A DNA stretch of 64,000 nt, taken from positions 416,001 to 480,000 of the forward strand of contig OZ250169.1 of assembly GCA_965237955.1 (NCBI GenBank). The letters run 5' to 3'. A program made the position numbers and the translations under genes. Numbering within the stretch: the stretch's first letter is position 1; every line of letters begins with the position of its first letter. Below, in pieces: positions 45,020 to 54,647 of this stretch. Below the pieces are notes generated by a model that saw only the letters and a list, made by a program, of their open reading frames with translations, was not told where the DNA came from and searched no databases. Source of the DNA: Candidatus Marinacidobacterales bacterium. GTDB lineage: Bacteria; Acidobacteriota; Vicinamibacteria; Marinacidobacterales; SMYC01.

Positions 45020-45367
45020 TCATTCCGGAAGGCCGCGTCGTACTCGGTAGCGGCTGACACTGGGGCGCGTTCGCGAGTCCGCGCGGGCTCGGTCCAGCAC
45101 CTGGCCCCAGTCCTGCTTCCGCTGCGGTCGATCGTCCACCGTGTGGTCCTCCATCCCCTGGCGGTCCGACGCCGCATCCCATGCCGCTGCCCGGGCACGC
45201 CAAGCCCCACGATTCGCCCAGCCCTTCCAAGTGTTCAGGCTAGGTGAAAGCTCCGCAGCCGCCGCAGCCGCCGCCCGCAACGTACGGTTCGGGCCCATAC
45301 TACGATAGACGATGAACGCCGCCCACGCCTTCGCACTCTCACCATCTTGTTGATCCCACATATCCAT
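45020..45367 (-). CDS. Phage terminase small subunit-like protein, possibly degenerate
   Basis: WDQQDGESAKAWAAFIVYRSMGPNRTL..W....AW..RAAAWD. Confidence 0.45.
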   Translation of the reverse strand: MDMWDQQDGESAKAWAAFIVYRSMGPNRTLRAAAAAAAELSPSLNTWKGWANRGAWRARAAAWDAASDRQGMEDHTVDDRPQRKQDWGQVLDRARADSRTRPSVSRYRVRRGLPE

Positions 45368-45627
45368 GTGGGGAGTATAAGCCCACGCGTCGCGAGCGAG
45401 AAGTTAACTTCAGAGTGATTGGTACGCTAGTGTCAGTTGGCCTGCCCGTGTCGGCGAACGCCATAAATAAGGATGTCGGCGTGCACACGAAGATGTCCCT
45501 GAATGTCAGGCACCACGTGGTCAGCGCAGCCGGCATCGCCGAAAGAACTGCGTCTCTCGAAATCAGGCTCAACCTCTAGCACGAGAACGGGTTACGCGGC
45601 GGCTACCAACACTTAATTTCGGAAGCA

Positions 45628-45890
45628 CCGGTTTTCGTCTCTAATCTCGATTTTCGAGTGCCACGTTCGCGCCAAAGGGGGGAGCGGGCCGCTGACAGGG
45701 CCGTGCAGCGTCGGAAAAGAAGCCATCCGGGAGGCCCAGAATCGAGCTCGGGGCTACCGCGGCGTAGCTGGCCTAGCCCGTTCTGGTCCAGGTGCGGCCC
45801 TGGCCTTATTGATATCCATCTTTCCCCAGGACCTGGGTCCAAATCTTCGCCCGGGAGCGTGACATCCCGTTTCTGGACGTTGTTTCCCTG
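45628..45890. repeat. Conserved non-coding block, partial copy C
   Basis: Matches about 12866-13100. Confidence 0.8.
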
Positions 45891-45894
45891 AGCA

Positions 45895-46091
45895 CTTGAA
45901 GGAGGACAAGGTATTGATCGAAAGGTGGCGGCAAGAGTTCAATCGCTTCAGACCCCACAGCTCGTTAGGTTACCGACCGCAGCGCCGGAAACGATTCGGT
46001 TGAAACCGGCTCCGCTCCGCCGGCTTCAACCAGCCATTGTCAGCACCGAATGACTGAGATACAACGTGGTGCTAACCGTGGGGTCAGGTCA
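45895..46091 (+). mobile_element. IS3-family 3' fragment with right end
   Basis: LIERWRQEFNRFRPHSSLGYRP; GGGGTCAGGTCA end. Confidence 0.75.
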
Positions 46092-46120
46092 CCTTTCACG
46101 GACAGGAGGACAACTCCTGA

Positions 46121-46339
46121 GTGAAACCCAGAGAATCCCTGAAAGAGAACACTTCCGGCGTGTTAAGACTCTTCGTCTACGGCACGCTCAAGCGCGGGTA
46201 CTGGAACCACGACCCCTTCTGCCGAGGCGTGCTGGCGATCCAGGAGGCCCAAGTTCGGGGCCGCCTCTTCGAAGGGCCCGGCTTCCCCGTTCTTGAGGTG
46301 CCCGACGAGGACATCCTCGCTCACGGAACTGGAGACCCT
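46121..46339 (+). pseudogene. Gamma-glutamylcyclotransferase (AIG2-like), truncated by an antisense intron end
   Basis: LFVYGTLKRGYWNH, GRLF...GFP. Confidence 0.75.
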
Positions 46340-46706
46340 TCGCGGTAGGGACCGCCCTTACGGGCGGCCCCCCGCACAGATCCCAGCGAGCGCTCCTAAC
46401 GCACTGGGCTCCTACCTCAGGTCATGACGCGCAGTCGCTGTTCGGGATACGGGTGCAGTGTTCGATGCTCGACGACTTTCATCAGCTGCGTATTCCGGGG
46501 CATCGTGAACGCAGATTCCAGCCGAAGGTGAACATCCATTCCAAAGCATCGTGAACACGGATTCCGGGGATCGTGAACACGGATTCCGGGGAAGGTGAAC
46601 ACGGATTCCAGGCAACGTGAACGCCGGTTCCGGCATCGCGAACGCTCATCGATAGCACGTTTCAAGGCAACTCTAGGTCGTACCCGGAAGGAGGACGATC
46701 TAGGAA

Positions 46707-48263
46707 ATGGCAGCTAAGAGGTTATCGATGAGAAAAATACGAGAGGTTCTAAGGTTAAAGTACGAGCTGGGTTTTACTCACCGCATGATCGCAAAGGCAC
46801 TTCGCGTGGCGGTTGGAACGGTGAGTGAGTACCTGGCCAAGGCGAAGAAGGGTGGTCTGAGCTGGCCGCTCCCGGAGGAGCTGAGCGAAGGGGAGCTGGA
46901 GGCAGGGCTGTTTCCGCCGCCGGGCTCGTCTGGCGCACGGCCGGGTCTGGACTATGCCCACATCCACGAGGAGCTGAGGCGTCACCGAGAGCTGACGTTG
47001 CTGCAGCTGTGGGTGGAGTACGCGGAGAATAAGCCGGGAGCGTACGGCTACAGCCGTTATTGCGAGCTGTACGGTCAGTGGAAGAAGAAGCTGAACCCGA
47101 CGATGCGTCAACGGCATCGAGCAGGCGAGAAGACATTCGTCGATTTTTCGGGGAAGAAGCCTCACATCGTCGATCCGAAAACGGGAGAGCTCGTCGAAAT
47201 GGAGCTGTTCGTCGGGACGTTGGGCGCGAGCAGTTACACCTACGTCGAAGCGACACTGAACCAGTCGCTGGAATCGTGGGCGAAGGCCCATAAGGGGATG
47301 TCGGATTACTTCGGTGGCAGTACGGAGATCTGGGTTCCGGACAACTTGAAGAGCGGCGTGGATTTGGTGGACCGTTACGAGCCAGGGATCAACCGGACGT
47401 ACGAAGAGCTGGCGACGCATTACGGTGCGGTTGTGGTCCCGGCTCGGGTGTTCAAGCCGAAAGACAAAGCGAAGGTGGAGTCGGCAGTGCAGGTGGCGCA
47501 GCGCTGGATCCTGGCGGTGCTTCGTCATCGCACGTTCTTCAGCCTGGCGGAACTGAACGAAGCCATCTGGGAGAAGTTAGAGGTCCTGAATGCGCGTCCG
47601 ATGCAGAAGCTCGGTGTGAGTCGGCGGGAGTTGTACGAAAGGCTAGACCGGCCCGTACTGAAACCGCTACCGCAGGAGAGCTACGAGTTATCGACGTGGA
47701 AGCGGTGCAGAGTGAACATCGACTACCACGTGGAGGTGGAGAACAACTTGTACAGCGTTCCCTATCAGCTCATTCACGAGAAAGTCGAGGCACGGGTGAC
47801 GGCCTCGGTGGTGGAGGTCCTGTTCAAGGGAAAGCGCGTCGCGTCGCATCCCCGCAAGAAAGGAAAGGGGCACTACTCCACGAACCCGGAGCATATGCCA
47901 CGTTCGCATCGGGAGCACCTGGAGTGGACGCCGTCGCGGCTGCTCCACTGGGCGGAGCAGTCAGGTCGCGCCACGGGAAGGCTGGTTGCGGGGATTCTAG
48001 AGAGTCGGCCTCACCCGGAGCAGGGATTTCGCTCTTGCCTGGGAGTCATGCGACTAGGCAGCCGCTGGGGCAGTGAGCGTCTCGAGGCCGCTTGCGCACG
48101 AGCGGAAGCTTTGAGCTCTTACAGCTATCGCACGGTGAAAAACATTCTCTCGGCTGGTCTGGATCGTGTGGTGCTCGAATCGGACGCCGAAGCGAAACCG
48201 CGAGAGGAGCACGAGAACATCCGAGGCGCGGATCACTACGAAGGAGGAGAGTCCCGATGCTGA
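46707..48263 (+). CDS. istA: IS21 transposase
   Basis: Near-identical to 9679-11235. Confidence 0.95.
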   Translation: MAAKRLSMRKIREVLRLKYELGFTHRMIAKALRVAVGTVSEYLAKAKKGGLSWPLPEELSEGELEAGLFPPPGSSGARPGLDYAHIHEELRRHRELTLLQLWVEYAENKPGAYGYSRYCELYGQWKKKLNPTMRQRHRAGEKTFVDFSGKKPHIVDPKTGELVEMELFVGTLGASSYTYVEATLNQSLESWAKAHKGMSDYFGGSTEIWVPDNLKSGVDLVDRYEPGINRTYEELATHYGAVVVPARVFKPKDKAKVESAVQVAQRWILAVLRHRTFFSLAELNEAIWEKLEVLNARPMQKLGVSRRELYERLDRPVLKPLPQESYELSTWKRCRVNIDYHVEVENNLYSVPYQLIHEKVEARVTASVVEVLFKGKRVASHPRKKGKGHYSTNPEHMPRSHREHLEWTPSRLLHWAEQSGRATGRLVAGILESRPHPEQGFRSCLGVMRLGSRWGSERLEAACARAEALSSYSYRTVKNILSAGLDRVVLESDAEAKPREEHENIRGADHYEGGESRC

Positions 48264-49015
48264 CACCCGAAACGATAGAAAAGATGAACGCCATGAAGTT
48301 GTTCGGCTTGGTGTCCGCGTTCGAAACCCAGTTGAGCTCGAGCGAATACAAGGAGCTGAGCTTCGAGGAACGTGTGGGACTCCTGGTCGATGCCGAGTGG
48401 ACCGCCCGCGAACAGCGTAAGCTTTCTCGACGACTGCGAGCGGCAAAGCTCCGCTATCCGGCATGTTTGGAGAACGTGAACTTCCAAGCGCCTCGAGGCT
48501 TAAACCGCGAACAGATCTTGAGCCTGGGCAACTGCCGCTTTGTCGGTGAGCGCCATAACCTGCTCATCACCGGCCCGACGGGGATTGGCAAATCGTTCTT
48601 GGCTTGCGCCTTCGTGGAGCGGGCCTGTCGTCGCGGCTTCACCGGATGCTACGTGCGAGCACCGCGCTTGCTCCACGAGCTCGCGGTCGCTCGTGGTGAT
48701 GGTTCCTACGCCCGGCTTTTGACGAAACTCGCCAAGCTGGACTTACTGGCTATCGATGATTGGCTGCTTCACCCGCTGAAAGAATCGGAGAGACGGGATC
48801 TAATGGAGGTCATCGAAGACCGCGCCGAGCGTGGCTCCACACTCATCGCGACCCAGATTCCGCTCAAGCAGTGGCACGAAGCGATTGGCGACCCAAACCA
48901 GGCAGACGCTATCTGCGATCGCATTCTCCACAGCGCGCACCGCATCACTCTCAAAGGAGCTTCTCTGAGAAAGACCAAGGCTGCGCCAAAGGCATTTGAC
49001 AACGCCGATGCATGA
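48257..49015 (+). CDS. istB: IS21 helper ATPase
   Basis: Same protein as copy 1. Confidence 0.95.
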   Translation: MLTPETIEKMNAMKLFGLVSAFETQLSSSEYKELSFEERVGLLVDAEWTAREQRKLSRRLRAAKLRYPACLENVNFQAPRGLNREQILSLGNCRFVGERHNLLITGPTGIGKSFLACAFVERACRRGFTGCYVRAPRLLHELAVARGDGSYARLLTKLAKLDLLAIDDWLLHPLKESERRDLMEVIEDRAERGSTLIATQIPLKQWHEAIGDPNQADAICDRILHSAHRITLKGASLRKTKAAPKAFDNADA

Positions 49016-50517
49016 GCGAGCGAGGGACCACAGCGTCGATGCGATAAAAACGGGTGAAACCGCCAAACCCGGGGTACCAGACGATGCGGCGCCAAAACGA
49101 CGCGCGAGAATGCCTCAGGAAGCGTCTTCTCGAGCCAGGCCATACCCCAGCAACCCCCCGAAACCAGCCCCACATCGCCCGGGGTTCGGCCGCGGCAGGT
49201 CGCTGCCTACGGGAGCGGGAAGGTCGCTTCGCGTCTTTCCTTACGCCCGCTCCCTCCGGCACCGACCTGCCGCCCCTTGCTACACAACACGCAGGTAAGA
49301 TAGGTTCACGTTTTCAATCAGTGGAAAGGAGGTCACCCAACACTTCATCGCTTCGATGAGCGTTCGGCTTCACCGGATTCGCTGTTCAGCTTGCTCTGGA
49401 TTCGGCGTTCACGATGGCTGGAATACGCAATCAGCCATCCGTGGTCGATGGCATCGAAGAATCCACGGATGTCCGCGTCGAGTATCCAGTTCACTTTCTT
49501 GTGAACCGTGCTCCCTTATCCCGGCAGGCTACCTGCCGTATCCGCTCCAGCGCATTTCGCAGATCAGGGGACCGAACGTAGGCGCACTCCCTTGGCTGTT
49601 TCCGCGCTTTCCCGCTTCGTGCCCGTTTAGGGTTGTCCATATTCACTCCCTGCCCGGCGCTGAGTCCGGGACCTGATTTGCCGCAGCGGATTTCCCTTGG
49701 TCAGTCCCCTTCGCTCCACCTCCTCCGCGGAGTGAGGTACTCCCCAGTCTTTGTTCGAAGGCTTCTCGGCTACTATGGGCCTGTCAGACTTCCCGCACCC
49801 GTTCGTCGCTGTCGTGCTCCTTGCGGATTCACAGCGCGGACCCCGACGCCACTCTGGGCCAAATGCGGGACCTCCCGGCTCCCGTGTATGTCTCTTCCGT
49901 GCGTGCGCGGGGTCTCAGACCACGCAGGGGCGGAACAACTCTTGCGATGACGACTTGTTCCGTGTTGCCTTCCGTGCCATACGACGCCGTCGGCCCCCCA
50001 AACTCAATTTTCCTTTCGCGGCTCAATACCCAGCCCACACGTTGCCCTGTCAACGCTTCGCCCCTGCCCTCGCGGACAGCAACGCATGACTCGGGGCCAA
50101 CTTGGTTCGCTACTCCTTGGTTAGGCGGGACTTGCACCCGCGAGACTTACCGGTTTGTGCCGGCGCACCGTGAGGTCAAAATACTCATGCGGCTTCCCGA
50201 TGGTAGAAACGGAGCAACCCGCGAAGCCGTTCACGGGAGCACACCGTAGGCTCGGACTGATGTAACGGGTCGCTGGCTGGGAACAGCAGCAGATTCCTCA
50301 TCCGCTCGCACATGGACGTCCTCACGGCGACAGATTTCTTCACCACGGAAGTGTCGACTCAGGGCGGGTTTGCGAGGAGGAGACCCGAACCGTTCTCGTG
50401 GAGATGGTGCGTCGGGAGCGAGGCCGTATGGTGCAAATAGTACGTCGAGCTCGACGTCGGTCTAGTTTTCGGGGAGCAGGTCAGCTCGAATGGAACCGCC
50501 TCACGCGCTGCTCGTGA

Positions 50518-50704
50518 CATTTCCCTGTTCTTCCAGAACAATTCCCTGTTCGCCTATTTCAAATTCCCTGTTTGGTCATTTCAAATTCCCTGTTCTTTTG
50601 GAACAGGGAATTGCCACCTAACCATTTGAAATACAGATAGTTACCAGTGAAAAAACGGCCCGATCAGCCTCAAAATGGCCCAAATTCCCTGTTTTTCCCT
50701 GTTA
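50518..50704. repeat. Cluster of TTCCCTGTT repeats (six direct, one inverted)
   Basis: Four copies at ~21-bp spacing from 50520, inverted AACAGGGAA near 50602, two more near 50685-50703. Confidence 0.8.
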
Positions 50705-50718
50705 TTCATGGTTTTCAG

Positions 50719-51165
50719 CCGAGACCGGATAGCTCCAAACTGCCCCATCCGCCACCCAGTCTGGCCAATTGTGGCACTGCAGAGACGGGTGAGATTTTCC
50801 GCGCGGTTGGCGGGGTTTTGCAGGGGTAGGTGTCACCAGAGACGGCGCTAGAAGAGCCGAACTGGCCTCATTTTCGGTATTCGTCTCTAATCTCTATTTT
50901 CGAGTGCCACGTTTGCGCCAAAGGGAGGAGCGGGCGCTGACCGGGGGCCGTGCGGCAGCGGAAAAGAGGCCACCCGAGAGGCCCAGAATCGAGACCGGGG
51001 CTATCCGCGGCGTAGCGGGCTAGCACGTTCTGGTCCAGGTGCGGCCCGGGCCTGGATCCAGGTCTCCGCCCGGAAGCGTGGCATCCCGTTGCTGGATGGT
51101 GTTTTCCCTGCGCGTACGGGGAACCCGAATCGCCGACATCGCCTCCGACACGCCCCAGATCTGGG
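50719..51165. repeat. Conserved ~450 bp non-coding block, copy B
   Basis: Colinear with 12711-13156. Confidence 0.85.
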
Positions 51166-51238
51166 TGTCCATCATCATTACTAGTCCGTGACTGAACTTG
51201 CAGGCCCGCCTCTGGTGCTGTCGATCTTCGCCATGCGG

Positions 51239-54200
51239 TCAGTCCTCTCGGTGTTCTTCTTCGGAGTCCAGTTCGGCAATGCCGAGCCAGCCGTGGTCGA
51301 AGGTGAAGGTGCGAGCGTTGCCGGCCGGATCCTGGATGCGGACGATACGAGCACTATCCGTACCCGCCCACTCGACCACATAGAGCCAGTACGCATCGCC
51401 TTGCTCACGGGCACAATCGAACTGCGTTCGGGACAGTCCGACTGGACGGTCGGTGAGGCTACCGGTCATTGCCTTGACTTCACACCACCGCGCCGGCAAC
51501 TCATCCGGCCCCGTCTCGTAGAGATCGAAGCCTGGGTTGTGCGTCGGGGTTCGTTGCCACCCTGTCTCGAGCGACAGGATGAACTCGATGGCCTTCGCTT
51601 CGAGCGCCATACGCGCGGCCTGCTCGAGGCCATCGGGGTCAGAGTCATCGCCATCGGGATGCGTTCCCACGTATGAAATAAACGGCCGACTGGCGGCGCT
51701 TCCCGACGTGCGGCTGCCGGCGGCTTGTCCGGCTCCTTTGGTCTGGCTGCTGCCGAGTCCGCTTTGGCTAGCACCCGTTCCCGCCGACGTGTGCCTACCA
51801 GTTGGCGAAATGCCGATTCCCTTACCGCTGCGCTCGCCGACGCCTGCTGGCGTAGGGTCAGCTCCGGCGGAATATGGAACAGAGGGTGTCGGCGGCGGTG
51901 TGTCGCCGAGCAGGCTCTTCAACGCGTCCTCGACATCGCCTGGATTGGCCCCATTATGGGGTGTAGGTTCCTCCTGCACACCGAGTCGCTCGCGCAGGTC
52001 AGCTTCGCTGGTGACGCCGAGCTTCTTGAGGAGGTTCAACACCCCCGGCTCGATCCCCACCTCCTTGGCGAGTTGGTCGATGATCGGTGGCTTGAAGCGA
52101 ATCTTGGAGAAGAGGAACGGGTTCGGCTTCCAACCGAGCGTGTCGAAAACGACTAGCTCCGGGGCGAGCAGGTTGCCATCTGCATCGGGGACCCATTTCC
52201 TTTCGTGGAGCTGTTTGACGAAGGCGGCGTCGAACGTGGCCGTTTTCGTCTCATGCGAATAGCCCCATGTGTACTCGCCTACGAACGTTCGGGGGCCTCG
52301 ACGGCTCTCGACATCCGCGAGGGCCTCCCAAAGCAGAGCCGACCTTTGTCGTCGTTCAGCCGGTCCGACGCTCGGCAGCAGGCTCAACAGCGCATCCAGC
52401 CCACGAAGTGTCTTGTCGTCGCTTGTCCACTCCCGCGTGGATCGCTCGAGGCCTTGGTTCCTCCGGATCTCGAACCGTTGCTCCCGTGACAGATAGCACT
52501 TGACGGGAACCGGTTGCAGAGACCGCGCGGTACCGCAGGCTTCGAGTAGCTTGCGGATGTCTTCGCTCCGCAGGCATGCGTAGGCATCGTTGACAAGAAG
52601 CACACCATCAACGCCGACAAACAGCTCCTTGAGGCGTTCCGTTGCCAGATAGACCTCGCCCGGCTTCGAGACCGATTTGGATCCATCGCCCGCATCAACG
52701 GCCATCACGAACTTGGACTTTTTCAGCGCTTCGAGCAGCTTCTCTCGCTTCCCCTTCGAATCCGTGCCAGACGCATTCAGGATTCGACGGATATCCGCTT
52801 CGTAGTCTGCATCGCTCCCGTCGACCTCGTCCTGCCGGTACTTCGGGAGAACGTTTCGGACGACGTCATCCACCGGGTCGGACTGCGTCAGCCCCAGGGA
52901 CTGCAGAAACTCGAGCGACGTCTCGCCGACGCACACCGCGGCGCGCACAACCGGGAAGCCCGTCTCGATCGGAGCCGGCAGAAACGCCTGGGGCTGGCCG
53001 TCCGAGAACGGCGGGACGTGCCTGCCGTCCTCGAGCCTGATTAGCGGCAGAACTTCGAACTGTCCTCGCAATCTGTGCTGCCCGTTGAGGAACTCGTAGA
53101 GCTTCCTGATCCAGTCGTCGGATTGCGCCTCAAGAAATCCTTGATCGAGGCGCGGGATGACGGTCTCCGGCGTGAACTCGGGGACGTCCAGCTCCTGCAT
53201 CAGGTAGCGGCGAAGCTCAGGCGTCCGATCCTGCGTGATGTCTTCGCTCAGCCAGACGAGCTGGCCCTCCTCTCCGTAGAGCGCCGCGAGCTGCGTCGGC
53301 GGGAACAGCTCGCGCAGTTCCTGCGTGCGTCCGAGACGTGCGCAAGCGGCCGCCACATGTCCGGCGTCGAAACGGGGCAGCAGACACTCTGACGAGAGCG
53401 CTGACTTCGTGGCATCGTAGAGCGGCGCGAACATGCTGGATTCGTCGAACTTCGCCGGATCGAGCGGCAGGCACCGCAGCCCCGCTGTGTCGAGGAGATT
53501 GTTGTCCCGCAGCCAGTAGAGAGCTTCCCCAAGAAGCGAAGCGGTCTGGCGTACGAGGTGCTAATTCCATGTGTCGTTGCGCGGCACGTTGTCACGGCTC
53601 GGGGTCGTCCGGTAGGGGCCCTGAACAAGGAAGCCGAGGTGCGTCTCCACTACTGTCGGGAAAAACACGACGAGCAGGGAACGTTCGACGCGTCGAAAGC
53701 GCTCTCGCTGGGAGTTTCTGTCTCTCGCGAGTGAGAACGCGAGTTCGACATGCCCCGCGGGCTCCCCGTCCTTCGCGGTCACGGATTGCGAGATGACCAG
53801 CCACTCTTCATCAAAGTCCGGTTGATCTTGTTCCTGACCAATCACGGTCACGCGCCGAACGCCAGCCTCGATCTCTTTTGATTCTCGGAGGTACAGCCCC
53901 GACCGACCGCCCTCAACGCTCCAGCGAATTTCCTCGATCTGGCGCAGAAACAGCAGCGCCGAGGCGCCGAGCCTGCCGAGTCCGCGAACGATCTCGTCAT
54001 GCCCGGATTCGAAGGGAATGGCGATGACGGTCTCGTCTGGGTCGCGCTCGACCTCCGACGTGGCGACCGGCAAGACGAATTTCTCGATGGCGAAGGCTTC
54101 CGTGCCGGAGTGGACCTCGGGCCGGTCCGTGAAGGCGTAGACCGACTTGAAGCCGATCCCGAACCGCCCTATCGCGGTCAAATCCTTCGTGCTCTCCGCG

Positions 54201-54472
54201 ATACCGCAGATGCCACGGACATCCAGTTCATCGAACGGCAGACCGAAATGGCTGACACGCAATGCCTTCCCGGTTAGATGAAAGGTCACGGCGCGCGAGC
54301 CCTGCCAGTCGTCGCGACGAGCCAGCGCGTCCTCCGCGTTCTGCAGGAGCTCGAAGATGAAGTGCGTGCGGTCGTCGTAGCGGTTGGCCAGCAGCATCGG
54401 CCCGATGCGGCCAATGTCGGTCCCGTACCGTCCCTCGTTGTCGCCGCGAATGGCTTGGTAGTCGCAGGCCAT
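51239..54472 (-). pseudogene. Sacsin/NOV-like GHKL ATPase with a C-terminal DUF3883 nuclease; single in-frame TAG at 53561-53563
   Basis: FELLQNAEDA, IGRFGIGFKSVY, QGPYRTTPSRD; NPGFDL..WCEVK..LSRTQ..YWLYVVE; both ORFs share a frame. Confidence 0.8.
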
Positions 54473-54647
54473 CAGCCACGTGCCTCCTTTGAAATGATGC
54501 CCTCGGTATGGCACAACATTTTCGAGTCGCACTCTTTACAGATCGCCGCTTCGGGCGGCGTGGCAACTGCAAACTTGCGCCCTTGGATAAGGCGCACTCC
54601 GCCCCTCGTTGATCCGTGCTCGCCAGTCAAGCCAGCCGCAGGGCTCC

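Larger units (their letters stand above)
46487..49429 (+). mobile_element. IS21-family element copy 2, intact
   Basis: 6-bp TSD ATCAGC (46481-46486, 49430-49435); near-identical to copy 1, plus 22 bp. Confidence 0.96.
46340..50168 (-). ncRNA. Group II intron (IIB-like) with complete ends, a doubly deleted RT ORF and an IS21 insertion
   Basis: 5' GTGCG at 50168; DV GAGCCCAGTGCGTTAGGAGCGCTCGCTGGGATCTGTGCGGGG; DVI ending CCCTACCGCG; RT remnants ALERIRQ, KVNWILDADIRGFFDAIDHGWL/MKVVEHR, LHPYPEQR. Confidence 0.88.

Noticed and set aside
46340-50168. Retron or DGR suggested by RT motifs
   Set aside because: The RT remnants lie within group II intron ends and lack YADD; no template/variable repeat pair
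15070-53563. Amber recoding suggested by in-frame TAGs near 15070, 30572 and 53561
   Set aside because: Intact genes end in TAG (e.g. 6838, 17317, 42731), two cases lie in decayed fragments, and no pyl machinery is seen
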